DNA of 64,000 nucleotides from assembly GCA_046563655.1 (NCBI GenBank), contig CM102288.1:3286001-3350000 (forward strand), written 5' to 3'. Position 1 is the stretch's first letter; each line of letters starts with the position of its first letter. This DNA comes from Yuukianura sp. NJ FZ-2021 (taxonomy: Eukaryota). Position numbers and translations under genes: made by a program. The notes beneath the pieces are model-generated. The model saw nothing but the letters and a program-made list of their open reading frames with translations, had not been told where the DNA came from and searched no databases. Positions 34,713 to 49,000 of this stretch are shown piece by piece.

Positions 34713-37700
34713 GTAAGAACATCACTTTTTTTTTTCAATATCCCATTTTCCACGGTACCATGGACACAAAAAGTTCTTGGATGAAAATGAAAGTGCTTAG
34801 CTGATGATGCTAGCATGTCATTGTCCATTTTGGTTACCATCGAACCGTGTAATTGACTAGGTGGATGCTCAGATCAAATTAATGTGATGCGACGGACCAT
34901 GCGGAATAAGCCTAAAAAAGTTCTTATTTTTCAAAAAAACTTTTTCTCATCGTGTGTAGTGATTTTTGCAATTTCATATTTTCATTTTTCATTTTCGTTG
35001 TGAATGAACTCTGGACGCAAGCGGATGTACCTGTGGTGGCTCCACCAGGTCAATGGCCCATCATCTCCTTTTGTTTTGATTGCATGATGACAGTAGAAGA
35101 TTGTTTGGTGATGCTGGTCATATTGTCTCCTTCCTAGTTTCAGTTCTATTTGGATTATAAATTGACACGTTTGGACCATTGTTGTCTTTTGTCATCTCTT
35201 TTTTTGCTTTTTAGTACTTCATAGTAGTAATCATAATTCAAAAATCTGTCATAAAAAACTGGACAGATCCGAGACTTGTCGCTTTCAAATGCCTTTTTTA
35301 TTAGATGTCGTGATTGGATCTTCGTTTTTTTCAGACTTTTTTTTAGAGTTGTGTTTACTTCAATTATTCTAAAACTTTTAAAAGTTTTTGTGTGTTTTAA
35401 AGTTTATGATTTTTATAATTTTTTGTTACGTTTGTACAAGGGAAATGAATAGCCAGAGTTAGGTTTGACGGGAGGAACCTGTTGGATTAGTTACTTCCGT
35501 TGGATTGCGGAGTTTTTGTTAAGGTTTTTCAACTTGAGTCGTGTTTGGCTGTCTAATGTCTTGAGAAAGTTCAGTTTCGGGCGTATCAAAAGGGGGGCTA
35601 AAGCAGAAGTTATAATTTAAGATGGAAGATGATAAAGGGATCCCTCCAGTCATATCCGGTTGACTAAAAAAATTGAAATCTGGAACATGGCTTTGGTTTT
35701 TAGATTTTTTGAAATTTAGAACAAGCCGAGTCATACTTTTGACTTGCTAAGGAAATTGTTGGGAACGGAAGGTTTTTAATGTAATTCAGAACATGTTTCA
35801 CCCTCTCCTATTGTTGTCTTTTGAATTATGATTCACAGTCAAGGTACACCGTAAGGTAGATTGTCATGCTGTCAAGGACTTAAGACTTAAGAGTAGAAGT
35901 TGAGGGAAGTAGGGAAGTTTTTAATGCTTTTTTACAGTTGTGTTTCAGCGTTTCTAAAAATTCAGTGTTGTTGAGTTGAACATAATTTTTTCATCAATAC
36001 ACAAAAATATTTCGGTTGTTTTAAAGTTAACAATGGTAATGGATGCGTTCGAACTTCGACCTGTACTTTTTCCACAGAAAATGTTGATGTGCGCACGGAA
36101 AAAATCTCGTATGCTGTCAAATCGATACACAAGAAATTTCTGGTAGGAAAATTTGTGAATGAATTTTTGGAAAATTTTGCGTTTTTGATTTTTTTTTCTG
36201 ATGTTCCACATCCAGGTCGTTTTGAATTTGAGTTATGTCTTTTGGAGAGTCTTTTTTTTTGACCTACTAGATTTCTGCAACCGTTTGTTGAATTTTTTGG
36301 AATTTGAGAATTTTGCTGATGATTTTGGATCGATTTTTGAAGATTTGATTTTTTTTTTGTGTTTGGGATGTGAACAATGGAGTTTGTTGTGTTTTAACTA
36401 GGAGCTGCCTCAAGTCGATTATTCTTGTTGTTTCTGTTGTTTCTTACAGTTACTTGTTACTTTTATGTGAAGTCAGTTCGTGATTAATAGTTAATTAAGC
36501 TAAAAGAGAACTTAAACTACTGAAACTGTAAAGTTTTTGTTTTGTTTTGAGCTTAAAAGCTCCCGTTTCCTATCCACTCTCGTTTGGAAGGATTGGATAA
36601 CAATGTTTTTAGAAGCTTCTCAGGAACATTCCTTTGCTCTTCTTTCCATTTGCGTGATCTGTCTTTTGTTTTTGTTGAATTTTACACTCTGCCTTGCCTT
36701 GTGCTTTGCATGCAAATGGAATTACAAAAACCGGAATGGAAACAAGGAGGTTCAGTTAATGACATTGCATGTTTGGACACTTCGATTGTCTCTTCGGCTG
36801 CCTAATTCCAGAAATTTTGAAGAAACTTTTGAAAAAATATTCAACTTTGCGCTCTGAATGTCAAGGATCTTCCTGTCATTAGCGAAGATGATTTTCCAAT
36901 TCCTCCAGGATCCAGGAAAACATGATGAGTGGATTCGCAATTGTTTTGGTTTTGAGATTTGAAAAAAAGTTGATTGAAAACTTATAATTTTCCCACAGTT
37001 TGAGATTTGGCACGAAATTATAGGTTTTTGGGAGGTCAAATCAACAATCAGCTCAAAAGTCAAAAGTCAAAAAAAAATTTCATGATCAAGGTTTCAATTT
37101 TTTGGTTTTCACCAAAAACTTGTAGGTAAAAAAATGCAATTAAGGTTTTTGTTTGTTTACCTTGAACTGAAGATGGAATTTGGTGAAAAGATTTATGAGT
37201 TGTCAAAATTATTTAAGAAAAAATTAAGATCTAATCACACAAAAGCTTTAGCTCAAGGGAATTCGAAGGTGAAAGTGGTTTGTGGTAGAATTTGATGCAC
37301 GAAGGGAGTAACTATGCGTTCGGCCAAAAGAATGTGGTTGCATTTTTTGAAAAATGACTTCAAAAAACTGGTTGAAAATTAAAGACACTTTAATTGTTTT
37401 CATTAAAGTGATGGATGGTAACCTTTGTTGACGCAAAGTTGGGTGTTGGTTTTTTAGCTAATTGAAATTAACTTTAATCGTTAATGAAAATTAATGTTAA
37501 GTTGGGGCAATAAAAGGTGAAATGTTTTGACTTTTGATGCAGATGACTTGTATTTAGTGTGCTTTTGTAAGTGAAATTTACACTTTTGATTTCACTTTTT
37601 ATTTGCATAAGACGTGTGCAAATTGTGTGCAAGTTTACAGTTAACGTTTGTGCAAAACCTTTGACTTGGGGCGGAGTAAGTTTTTTTTTTTTGGAGCAAA

Positions 37701-40680
37701 AAGGAAACCAGAATGTCACTGTCACTTGTGCTGAGAGATTGCGAATTGATGCGAAATTTTGATTTTTTGCAAAGTTGTTTTTTACGGTTACCTCGACCAG
37801 TTGTTTGATAGACTTGATTGGGAAATTGGTAATGATTGGTGGAGGTAATTACGAGAAGTTCACAAAATTTAATTGAAAGTGAAGGGATCAATGGACGAGG
37901 GAAGGACAGCAAAACACGAATTGGAAAAGAAAATTTCTCTTTGAAATTTTGTCATTTTGGGATGTTACAGTCGAGTGCAAGACGAGTATTACAGGCGACG
38001 ACGGAAGATGCAACATTTGCTGATTTTTTTTTGTACAGAAAAACTTGTTTAGGTGGATCACAGAGGATTTTTGACGAATTTTTCAGTTGGAGTTTGCATT
38101 TGTGAGTAGTGAGAGAGAAACTGATTTTGACCAGAAAATTTCCGAATTTTTTGGAGCAGTAGTCTTGCATAATTTTTTACGTCGAGTTTTTGATTTCAGA
38201 CTGTTCATTTTGTTTGAATAAGAGCAAAAGTTTCAGATTTTTTTTTTGAAAAAAATTCGAAGTTAGTGAACGTGATTGGATTAGAGTTTTTGATGGCACT
38301 GAACTGGAAGTGAGGATTTTTGAAAAATTATTGTCGCCTTCGTAGAGATCAAAAGGTTGAAATTGGATCTTTTTGATCATCTTCCAAAAAGGATTTCCGG
38401 ATTTACACTTTTCAATTTTTTATTTTTTGTGTGTCTTCCCTGTTTTCTGTCAAGAAAGTTTAAATCGTTGTGAACGTGCTTCAAAAGTGTTTTTCTCTAT
38501 GTTTTTTTAAATTTCAAAAATAGATTTTGTTCAAACTTTTTGAGAATGATGGAGACACTAATTTTTAAACGGTAAGGAAAAGCTTGCACTTGATTTAAAA
38601 AAAAATGCACTTCATGAAGTATTTTTTCTTAGAATTGTAGAGGCAAAATGCCATTTTGAATTCTCGGGTGTTCAGTTCATCCTTTTTAGTTCGGTTTCAA
38701 GCTTAGGTTCCCTAGTGCAAACTTTGGCATCTTTAGTTTAATAGGTACATTTGTTAAAATTTTTAATTTGCCATTTCGGGATTTGAAGCTCAAGTGGATC
38801 TGAATTTTGGGAAACGAAAAACGCAACTTCTAGTTTTGTCTGTGCGTTGGAAATAAGGCTGAGTTAGCTTTTTGTTGCAATTTCATTTTTGTTTTATAAT
38901 CTCATCGTCTTGCGAGTTGTTTCAAAATTCAACTTTTACAAGTCTTTTTTATGTCGTCACTATTCCAAGTTTTTGTATACAAAATTTCCAACTTTTTTTC
39001 AAATCCTAACGACTTTCTTCTTTTTTTTTTGCCATTGTGATTTCATTGCATATTCTCCCTCTCCTTTGTATAACATTGTATCATTTCTCTCTTGATCTTC
39101 GTTTTCTCTTTTATTTTATGACTTTTGATAAGTACAAAGTCAACTTCCACTGCCAATATAAATGTAATTTATCCTCCGGATTTTTATATTTTTATAAGAC
39201 ATAGCCAATTTAACTACCCAATTACTCTTTCAAAAGCCTGATTCCAATCTCAACAAACTCAAATTTCGAAATCACTCCAAAAAATCTTTCAAAAATTGTC
39301 AATCCTTGTTTGCCCCGATTTAGCTGAAAACATGTTTCCGCGGAATTTTAAATCTGAAGTGAAGTTTTACAATTTCAAGGTTTCAGTAATTTTGTTTTCA
39401 CTTCCGCAAGCCAATCTAAAGCTAATTTGGTTCGAGTTTTTCGGGTATCACACAGTTTTTCGGTGATTTCAGAGTAGTTTCGAGAAAATGCTTTTGTTTT
39501 TGGAGGGTTGAAATTAATTTTGATTAGGGTAGTGTAAGTGCGAGGGTGGTTTTTGGATTTTTGTTGATGGGGGATGATACGATGGTTGACATGACCTCTG
39601 CCTTGGGTAATTTCTAATTACGGAGAGACCAAGTCCCCTTCAGTTCCGTTTCTAAGGGACACTAACCCTATTAAGAAGGGCGGAGGGAGTAACTAATTCG
39701 TCAGTTCCAATTTAGACAGAATTGGAGGTGAACATGGACTGTGAGGGTGAAAGTCTTGTGGGAAAAGGCACAAGTCATTCATGTGAGTGCTATTGCTGCC
39801 AGGGAGATCGATGGCCTTCCACTGCCATATACTACTGGAGGAGGTTGATGTATCCAAAGTTGTAGTGGCTTAATGGAGGGATGAGTCACCTTTCTCCCTT
39901 CCAGGAAAAGATCTTACCCGGGAGAAAGTAAACTAAACCAATAAAAGACAGTTTGAACCAAGGACAATTTCATCTCTCCAACTTTCCCTCTCTTTTTCTT
40001 CCCTTCTAGGACAAATAACAAGGGAAGAGGAGCAGAGTTTGGAAGAGCACCAGAATTTCAATTATGATTCATCCACTTTTCTTTTTTCCAGCATCACGAA
40101 CCTCCTGAAGGTGCTGGAGCGCTGGAAGTTATAAAAAATTCACCTACGGTTAAAATTTTTTGTTCCTCGGGGAAAGTTTTAGTCGAAAACGTGCTTTTTT
40201 GATACGTGGGAGAATGGGAGATGGATTTTGACAAAAAATTGAAAATTCCCGGTTTTCTTTGCTTGTTCTGGAGGGTTGATATTGTTAGGAGCTAAAATTT
40301 TGAAAATTGCGTGCGTTTTTTTTCTGTTTGAGTGAATGGACGTGTTAGAATTGGAGTTGCGTGTAGGTTGTTTTGTTAAATTGGAGATTTATTATTAATG
40401 GAGTTGTAAGGTGTATAAGTGGAGGGGGGTTTTTGGTAAAGTTTTTTTTTTCGGGGTTTTCGTTTTTTTTCTGTGTAGAGTGAGTCATCACTTCGCTTTT
40501 CCCGGGAACGAAGAGGATTTCAGACTGGTTCCAAGGCTTCCACGTGTAATCCTATTGTGTTTTGGTCGAGAGAGAGAATGACCCGGGATTTTGAAATTTC
40601 GGTTAGATTTCGGTTTTGGGTTTCATGGGAATATTAATTATGAATTTGCTCTGGGCTGTTTTCTAGGGAAGCTAATCACA

Positions 40681-40850
40681 CATTGGCCGTGAAGAAATTT
40701 AGACAATTATATCCTAGAATTCAATAACTTCGATTTGCCGTAGTTAGAAAATTGTAGAACAATTAAAAAACAGCGATCATGAATCCCAAATTATAAAGTG
40801 GAATAAAAATTAAATAAAATAATAGCAATACTCAGTCAAAAAAAAAAAAA
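40681..40850 (+). mobile_element. Short retroposed insertion (5'-truncated LINE or processed 3' end)
   Basis: 12-bp TSD AAGCTAATCACA (40669-40680, 40851-40862), poly(A) 40838-40850 preceded by AATAAA signals. Confidence 0.8.
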
Positions 40851-41098
40851 AAGCTAATCACAATGTTTGGGAATTCAATGAGGTTTTGATCTGTTTGAAC
40901 AAAATTCTGCTACTGCAGGTTCCCTGCGTGTGAACAAAGTGCGTAAAGTGTTAAGAGAGAGAGAGATGCAAACCACAGGGTTTGTGGTGGATTTGTTGTG
41001 GAGCTCTAATGATACTTTGATAAAACACTGAAACACTAATTATAAAATACATCAAAGGAGAAAATTAGTCTAAAAGTCTAACGGGAAATTATACTATA

Positions 41099-41849
41099 GT
41101 CCAAGTCAAAATTCCGTACAGATTGTTTATTCGAAAATTCGTATTTTTCCCCATGGTTGCGCTAAGGCAAAACTAACCACAATGCACCCTTCTGAATGGA
41201 AGAGTACTGAAAATTTAAAGTAAAGGTACCAAAGTGGAACTAAGATCGAAAAAAAGTATTCTTCATTCAAACTTGCCAAATTTGAACATAAGTTGGCGTT
41301 TCATAATTCGTTGTAGAGTAGTTATACTCATTTCCGGGAAATAGGGGCATCACGCAGGTTTCTGTGGACCTATTCCACCATTGGGACAACTTTGTTGGAG
41401 TAAGCAGTAAGCAGTGAGAATTATTTTTCGGATTACACCTTATGTATTACGAAATTACGATAATGAAAAATACGAAAAATACATTCGTATTTTTCGGCTC
41501 TGTATAATACGTCGTATTATACGTATGTCATTGTATTGTATGTATGAATCAGCGAACCCTGATCAAAATATAAAACAAAGAACAAACCATTGCAACGGGT
41601 TGTTGTAAAAGATACTCGATGCTTTCCCATTCAAAGATTAACCATGCGGAGCTCGGCATGACTCTTAATTTAATTATGCTACCGTTGCTCCTTTAATAAA
41701 ATGATTATAATTTAGTTAAAATTCAAACTAAAACTTTGTGCATACTTGGGTACAATGCTGCTCGGTATATTTTTCGTCAATTTGTGTGTTTGTCGGGGCA
41801 ACGGAGGAATTTGACGAATCAACAATCTGTACGGAATTTTGACTTGGAC
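41099..41849. mobile_element. Non-autonomous TIR element with TA flanks (Tc1/mariner-like MITE)
   Basis: TA-GTCCAAGTCAAAATTCCGTACAGATTGTT ... AACAATCTGTACGGAATTTTGACTTGGAC-TA, ~29-bp perfect TIR. Confidence 0.85.
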
Positions 41850-43045
41850 TAGTTCGAAATGCGTTGATTTGAGGATAGAAAGTGTCAAGGTTATGTAAGT
41901 TTTGTTTGTAAGAATTTTAAAAATTTGAGAATATGAAAAATTTTTGGCAGGAGATGTTTGAGAAGTTTTAGGATTTCGGAGTTCAAGTTTGTAGAATTTT
42001 GTTTTGCTTTCTTTTTTCTTTTGCAGAATGTTTTAAAAGTGCTTGATTCGACAGAGGAAGAAGTTGAAATTTTTGTTCCGAGATACGAATTTTTGCAGCT
42101 CAGAATTGAATTTTTTCTGCTCTTTTGCAGTTCCGGGTTTTTGAAAAATGTAGGAAGCTATTTTTGGATGGGGAAAGCGTGAAGAGCGATTCAAATGCGT
42201 TTTTGATAAAGTGTTTTTGAATGAGAATTTATTTTTTCGGTAATGTATGAAAGTTGCAAAAAATGAGTTCTTGGAAGTATAAAAATATTTGCGAGTTGGT
42301 TGATGAAGGAAGAGGATGAGGAAGTTTTTGGCAAAGCGTCAAGTGGAAAATAACTTGAGGCAGTCAGTCTCACTCTGGAATCTGGAACAGGATTTTTTCC
42401 ATTTAGTGCAATTTATTTAGCAAAAGAGGAAAGAGTTGACGACTAAAGGCACAAAAGGATGTGACGATGGACAGAGTTATGGCCAATTGTGACTTCCATT
42501 CTTCGTCACAATGATAAAAGTAATCGAAGGCTTGACAATTTCCTTGATTAAACTTTTGACACTTACTTGCCACTGTATTAATTATTAGAAGCTTCTTTTG
42601 TTAGTGGTAGGGAGGGTGTTAGTATGTGCGTAAGCAAAGTTAAAGTTGATGCAAACTTAACCATTTTGTGGTTAGGAATTGACTGGTGAGGGACCTATTT
42701 TTATCAGCAGTGCTGTGCGAAACGCTGCTTTTTGGTTTCTTGCTGACATTGGTTTGTTGAGGTTTTAAAAAAATTGAGACCTTCTGCAACCGTTGGCAAT
42801 TTGATTTTGTACTTGGAAGTTTCAAGGTTTCGTTTTTGCAACTTAGGTTTTTACAGTTTTTGCAATTTTAGTGTTAAAGGGAATGCGAATGTGCAATTTT
42901 AGTTAGTTGAGGGAGAGTTGTGTCAGGCGAAACAGAAGAATTTGTAAGGTAGTTTCGAACGTGAATTTGTGATTTTGTTGATTAATTGTGATTTTTGTTA
43001 ATTGCAGGCGTGAAAACGTAGGTGTGAAGAAAGTAATCATCAGCA

Positions 43046-46000
43046 ATGGATCCTTTGTCACGTGCCGAGTACTGCAGTAGTGTTCCTGCTTATGATTTGG
43101 GCAATGACAGTGGATCTGATGAGTCTGATGGAGATGACTACTTCCCTCCTCCGCCTGGACACCTTGTTGACCTTGACCTCAAACGTGGAACGACTGGAGC
43201 TTCAGTGACTCTGGACGTGGACTCTTGGCTAGCCGAGTTGGACACACTCACTCTAACATCGGTAAGAAAAATTCCATTTTTTACTCAATTTCTTTAGTTT
43301 CGAAGTTTAGGTTTAAAAGAAACTTTCATTTGAGGTGTCGAAATTTAAAAAATGACAAGGTTTTGAAATTTTTGATTGAAAATCATTTTCAAACTATGAA
43401 ACGTCTACGTCATTTTAGCCAAAGAAAAATTCTTTGAAAATTTCAAGCCTTACCCAGAATTTTTCGAATGCAGAAAGCAACTTTTTTGACAAGTTTTTCG
43501 AGAAAGAAACATTTTCTCTTCTTAATTCCTAGTAACTTTTTAAGACGTTTGAAACCATTTGCAAACGAATTTCGAGATCAAATATCAAGAAATTTTTTCT
43601 GTTCAATGTAACAGTGTGATTATCCTGCTTGTTGGCTAGCTTAAGTACTTTCTAATGGGAAAAATGAAATAATTGGAAAGAGGGCATGCTGACCTTTGAC
43701 CTGACCGCGCAGTTTAGGAAGTTTAGAGCCCTTTTAAGTTGAAATGGTTTCCCATTTGAGAAGATTGGTTTAGAAATTTCAATTTGAAGTGACCATTAGA
43801 CAGTAAGGGTAATGGGGTTGGTGAATTGGATTGGAGAATAATTGTGGGAAGGAGGACGTTGTTATGGTTTGGTCATTGGATGTGAAGTGTTTCATTAAAT
43901 TCAAAAGAATTGGGCAATGGAGCATGACCATGAGTGTGTTCCAGTATTGGTGGAACTGCTGGAATTCATTAGGCATAAGCTGGAACAGCGTAGTAAGTAG
44001 GAATTGGAGGAAGTAACTTCCTTTTACTTCCATTCCACTTCCTGTGATCAGGAGAAGTCAAGAGGAAATGGCCAAGAGAAACCTTGGAGTTTGGCTGCAA
44101 CAAGGTTCAATGACAACGTCCAGGAAAAGACGGGAGTCCAATGTTGAGATACATCCAGGAAAAGTTGTAATGGAAAAGAGGAATGTTTCTGTTTGTGGAA
44201 GTTAAGGAAAAAGCAGACATTTCATCACTTTCACTGTGTTTGGTTCAAGCAAACTTTCTTGTGTTTAGCCTTTTCTCCTTTGATTTAGGAAAAGTTCAAG
44301 GAGTTACGATTTTCTAGAGGGAAACTAGATTTTCCGGATTTTTTTTTTTCGAAAATTGTTCGTTCTACCAGAAAAGCTTTCTTCGAGTTTTTGACTTTTC
44401 GGTGAAAGTAAGTGAAAGTGAAAAGGAAAACTGAATCCTAGCTGCTTTTTTTCAACATTTTTTCGATGACGGGATAACGATTATGTTTGAGCCGATGGTA
44501 AGTTGGAAGTTTGGATTTTGGAGTTTCCAAAATTTTGGAAAGTTTGAATTTTTTTTGTTCAGATGTTTTCGCATAAGGTGTAAGGTTTTTGTTCAAACGT
44601 GTTCAAATGTCCCTGGGAGATGTTCAATTAAAGTTTAAGAAAACAGGAGAGGTTGTAGACCAGTGGTGAACTTTTGGAATAAATTGGGAGGGATGTTGTC
44701 TCTAAAGTCTAAGATGTCAAGTATCCTTGTTCATCCGCATCTGGTGGTGCTGGTGCTTGTTGGTGCATGGTGCTGGGGGAGTACTTTAGGTCTAAACTGG
44801 TTTCCTAAACTTCAGTAGTTGTGGATGCTGGAACTGGATGTTTTCTGGATGCTGGAAGTGTAGAATGGCTGAAAGTGATGATTGGAGGCTTATAAATACA
44901 CCGCCACCACTACTGTCTTTCGTGGGGGATGGTTTGGGCAGATGCCAGGTGAAGAGAACTTGAGACTTTTGCAGTTAGGAAGATGCAGAATGCAGTGGGG
45001 TTCGGAGTTTTTTTGAATTTGGTGCGTGGAGAGATGCAGTCTAAATAGTGTGCCACGTGCTGGGACTTGGACTGTTTCTGGAACTAACGTTAAAGCCTCT
45101 GAGATGAAAAGTTGAGCGTAGGATTTTCTTTTAGTTTAGAAAAGTTTTAGAAAACGGGGCTTGTTTTTGTGTTTTTATGTTCAGGATTGGCAGATGGGCG
45201 CAGGCTGTCAGAAAGTCTTAAGGGCTCCCGGGATCCAATTTCTTGGAAGGTGGCCTTAAGGGTACCAGCTGCCACTATGGCGGTGAACAGGAACACGGTC
45301 CATCATTAACGGAAGTCCGCCCACGCAATGTTAACCTAACCTACCCTAATTTTAGTATAAGCTAACACAGATGGAAGGCTAAAATAACATAAGGGGCCCT
45401 GGACCCTTAGGAAATTCAAAAATCAGTTGTGGATGTTTTTTTTTTTGTCGGTGATGTTCGATCCGTTCGTGATTTCCGTGGTCCTTACCACGTGACTAAG
45501 GTTTTGCATCCAGAATTATTCAGGAGGCTGATGTTATGGTTTATGGAAGTTGGGAAGAAGAGTCATTCGTCATCCTTAAGGGATCACTTAAGGCTCCCTT
45601 GGACGTCAGACTGCACTTGGAAGTTTTGTAACTTCCTGTTGAAGGGGGAATAAGAAATTGAAATGTCTGGAGATACTTTTGGACTTTGAGTGGTTGGATG
45701 GTCTTGGTGTCCAACTTTTTGTGGAAGGGAGCAGGTGGGAAGCGTGTGTGGTACTTAGAAGTTCAATTGTCAAGGGACAGGAAGAGGGGGACTTCAAGGG
45801 CACACGTTACGAAAATAGAGAAGAAGTCTCCGGGCTTTTAAAAATTTCTCACCTGCTTACAATGGATTGTTTAGCGTAGGTTTAACATACTTTTTTATGG
45901 GGGGGGGGGTTAAGTGGAGGGGGTGGGGGTGTTACTAGTAATTAAATGTGACTGGTGCAAGTTGATGGAGAGGAAGCGGAAGGTGTTAATCAAGTGACAA

Positions 46001-49000
46001 TTAGTTAATTACAGGTGGAGAAAATAATTTATGAGGTTTGTGGGAAACGGTGGGAAAAGTTTTGGTTTTGGGTGAAAGTTAGGTTTGGAGAAAGAATTTC
46101 TGGGGTGATGTGAGACAGTTTATGATTTTGGGATAAAAGTGATTTGTTTTTCTGACTTGTGATTTGTAGAAAAAGGAGAATTTTGAAGGAAAAATGTTCA
46201 AAATTTTGAGAATGGTTGTGACTTTTTTCTGTAGATTTTTGAGAGGCTGCAGTTTTATGACTTGTTTTGTAAGAGGGAGTAATTATGGCCCTTGTTATTT
46301 GGAAAGTGGAGGGTATAAAACAGTTTTCTTTTGGGAATTGTTTGAGTAGGAAGTGCGTTCGATTCTTTCCTGGTTCGTTTTTTATTTTATTTTTTTGGAG
46401 CACGAGGAAGCGGAATGGGAGTAATAACAGTTTATAGGTTTTTATAGATTTCCGGGTTTTGAACTTGATTGAAACTTGTTAAAAATTACGTCAATGTTTA
46501 TTTGACAAGAATCATACTATAGACTTATAAAATATAAAAGTTTCGATTTCAAATTACCGATAGTGGAAATTTTCCAGTGTTTAAAGTGCATGTTCAGTTT
46601 TTTAAAGTCGTTTATTTCTGTAATTTGAAACTAGCTGGATACAAAAGTGATTTTTTTTTAGAAATGGTTTCGAATTTTATGATTTTTTTTATACAATGAA
46701 ATTATTGGTGTTGATCCAAAAGTGAGTGGCTTACTGTGATTTGTTTACTTTTTAACACTTTTGGCACAAGTAATCAAAAGAATTTTGTGAATCATTTCTG
46801 CCTGGGGCCGAATTCAAAGAGCATTCCATTGTTCATTGCTTTTTGTCACTTTTAGTACTTAAGTAAACCTGTCTCCTAAATTAAACGGTATAATCACGAC
46901 ACAGGCTTAAGTCATTTGGGACCGGATTCTTTTGTGCATTTGTTGTTCCAAATGACCTGCAGAGAACCGTCACCCCATAAATGGACTGCAACAGAGTAGG
47001 AATAAATCCTGAGATGGGATTTTGATTCGACAGAACAATTGAATTTTTTGTGTTCAAATAGGAACAGGTTCTGTTTGAACAAATGGAATCATTCAAAATC
47101 CGGACTTTAAAAAAAGTTTAAATCCAAATGTAGTACGGGCCAAATGTGGATTTTTTTCTGGAATTGCATCTTCCTGTCTGTCAAGAGCGGATATACATAG
47201 TAAGAGATCAGGCAGTGAATGCGTTATAATCAGGGGGAGGAATTGGATACTTTTGAGCTGGATCTTCTGGAAAGCTTGGCTTGCGTCGTCCATTGCCATC
47301 TGCTCCGTCACTTCATCCCTTGGCCAATTCCTGGACGTTTCTGGACGGGACCGTCATAATACGGCTTAACTTGGGCAGAATTGACTGAACATTTATGAGT
47401 GTACATGTCTGATTTCCCATTTCGGCCATTTTTGACCGTCTAATTTTGACCACTTTTGGCCATCGATTTTGACGGTGGTTAAGAATTGGCCGTGGAAAAG
47501 TGTCCTGTTACCCCTCTCGGCTTCGCTTGATCTGCTTCATGGCTTCATCCCTTGGCTGCTGAGGATCCACCATCGCCTTCGATCCATTATTTCTTCATTG
47601 TCCAAATATGGAACAGAGCCCTTATTTGGAGAGGGCCCTTTAAAAGGGCAGTAGGGAAGGGGAGAAGGCCTCGCCGGGACTTCCAGCTGCTCCCAGTTCG
47701 AATCCTCGTTTCCCTTCATCTTTATTCATTTCAAAACTTGAAAGTTAGAGGCTGTTGGTTTCTTGTTTTGTAAGTTTAAGCTGCAGAATCCTTCCAAGAA
47801 GGATTTTAGTCTGGTCCTGCATCTGGTTGACCCAAGAACTTCACAAGTCCAAGCCACTTTATCCTCAACACCCAGAGTTCAGTTAAGTTTGTTGCAACGA
47901 GAAGTGATAAGTAGAAGTGGTCATGTCCAATAGGATTTTTGGCCTCTAGCTACAACAACCAGTGAGTCACTTGTGAGTAACAGCGTGGTGACACAAAATC
48001 AATTGTTGCGTGTTCAGTGTTAACTTGGGATAGACTAATACCCGCCTAAAATCGGATAAGTTTTAGGCTAATCTTAATTGAAACCTTGCGAAAGTAGGAG
48101 AGAGGAAGTTAAAATTACCTTGAACTGGTTAGGTTTATGATCCATTGTTACAAGGCGTCTTCTTGCCTATCAAAGGCTCTTTTGAAACTAAAACAAAGAC
48201 AGGACTAATTTTGGAGTAGCCCTTCAGAATGAGCTTAAGATTTGAGCGGAAGGGGTCCCTGCGTCTTCCGGTTAGCAAGTGGAGAAGGGGCCTTAAAACT
48301 ACTCAGGACGAAAGTAGTCAAGAAGAAGACTACTCCAAGAGTTGGTCTTTTCGCCAGTGTCAATTTGCCTGTGACTACTTGAATCTCATGGATTCTGAAC
48401 GTCGACCAATCAGAAGAGAGGAGCCAGGTCAAGGTGCCCTGAAAAGAGCAGAGAGAAGACCAAGACTTGATCTATGGAATGGTTTGGAAGAGGGGTCAGG
48501 GGTGACTGGGTCACGGTCTTCCAGAACTTCAACAGTGTCGACCTACTCTGGAACGGATGATAGCATTGGAACTTACTATAGTGACCTCATGGACTTGGGA
48601 CTCGTTCTGGATTTGGGAGATGATGACCATGATGATGAGACGGTTAGTAGTTGGAAGTAGTAATTAGGAAGTAGTTAATTACTCCTTCAGTTTCACGATT
48701 AATCTAACGGGAGATCAATTCATCTCAGTCGTGGCGTTAATTGAACTGGGTCTCGTCTTGATTGATGGTTAGCGTAAGTTTTCTGATGCTGCAAAACCTT
48801 CAGTTTGGTCCCTCCATCCCCGAGGGGGTGAGATGGGGGATTTTGTCTTTTATGTTGGCGAAAAATTTCAGGTTTGGGGTATAAAGTTAAATTTTGGTTA
48901 ACTTTTCTTAAGTCCGCTCAACTTTTTCTAAAGTTCGGTTAGCGTAATCCGGATTAAGTTTAGCTAAACTCTGTTTCCGAACTAAAGATGAAATTCAAAT

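Noticed and set aside
38546..38571. ATG-containing exon candidate with GTAAGG donor as MRL coding start
   Set aside because: Joined to acceptor 43008 it is out of frame with ATG 43046; at most a 5' UTR exon or uORF
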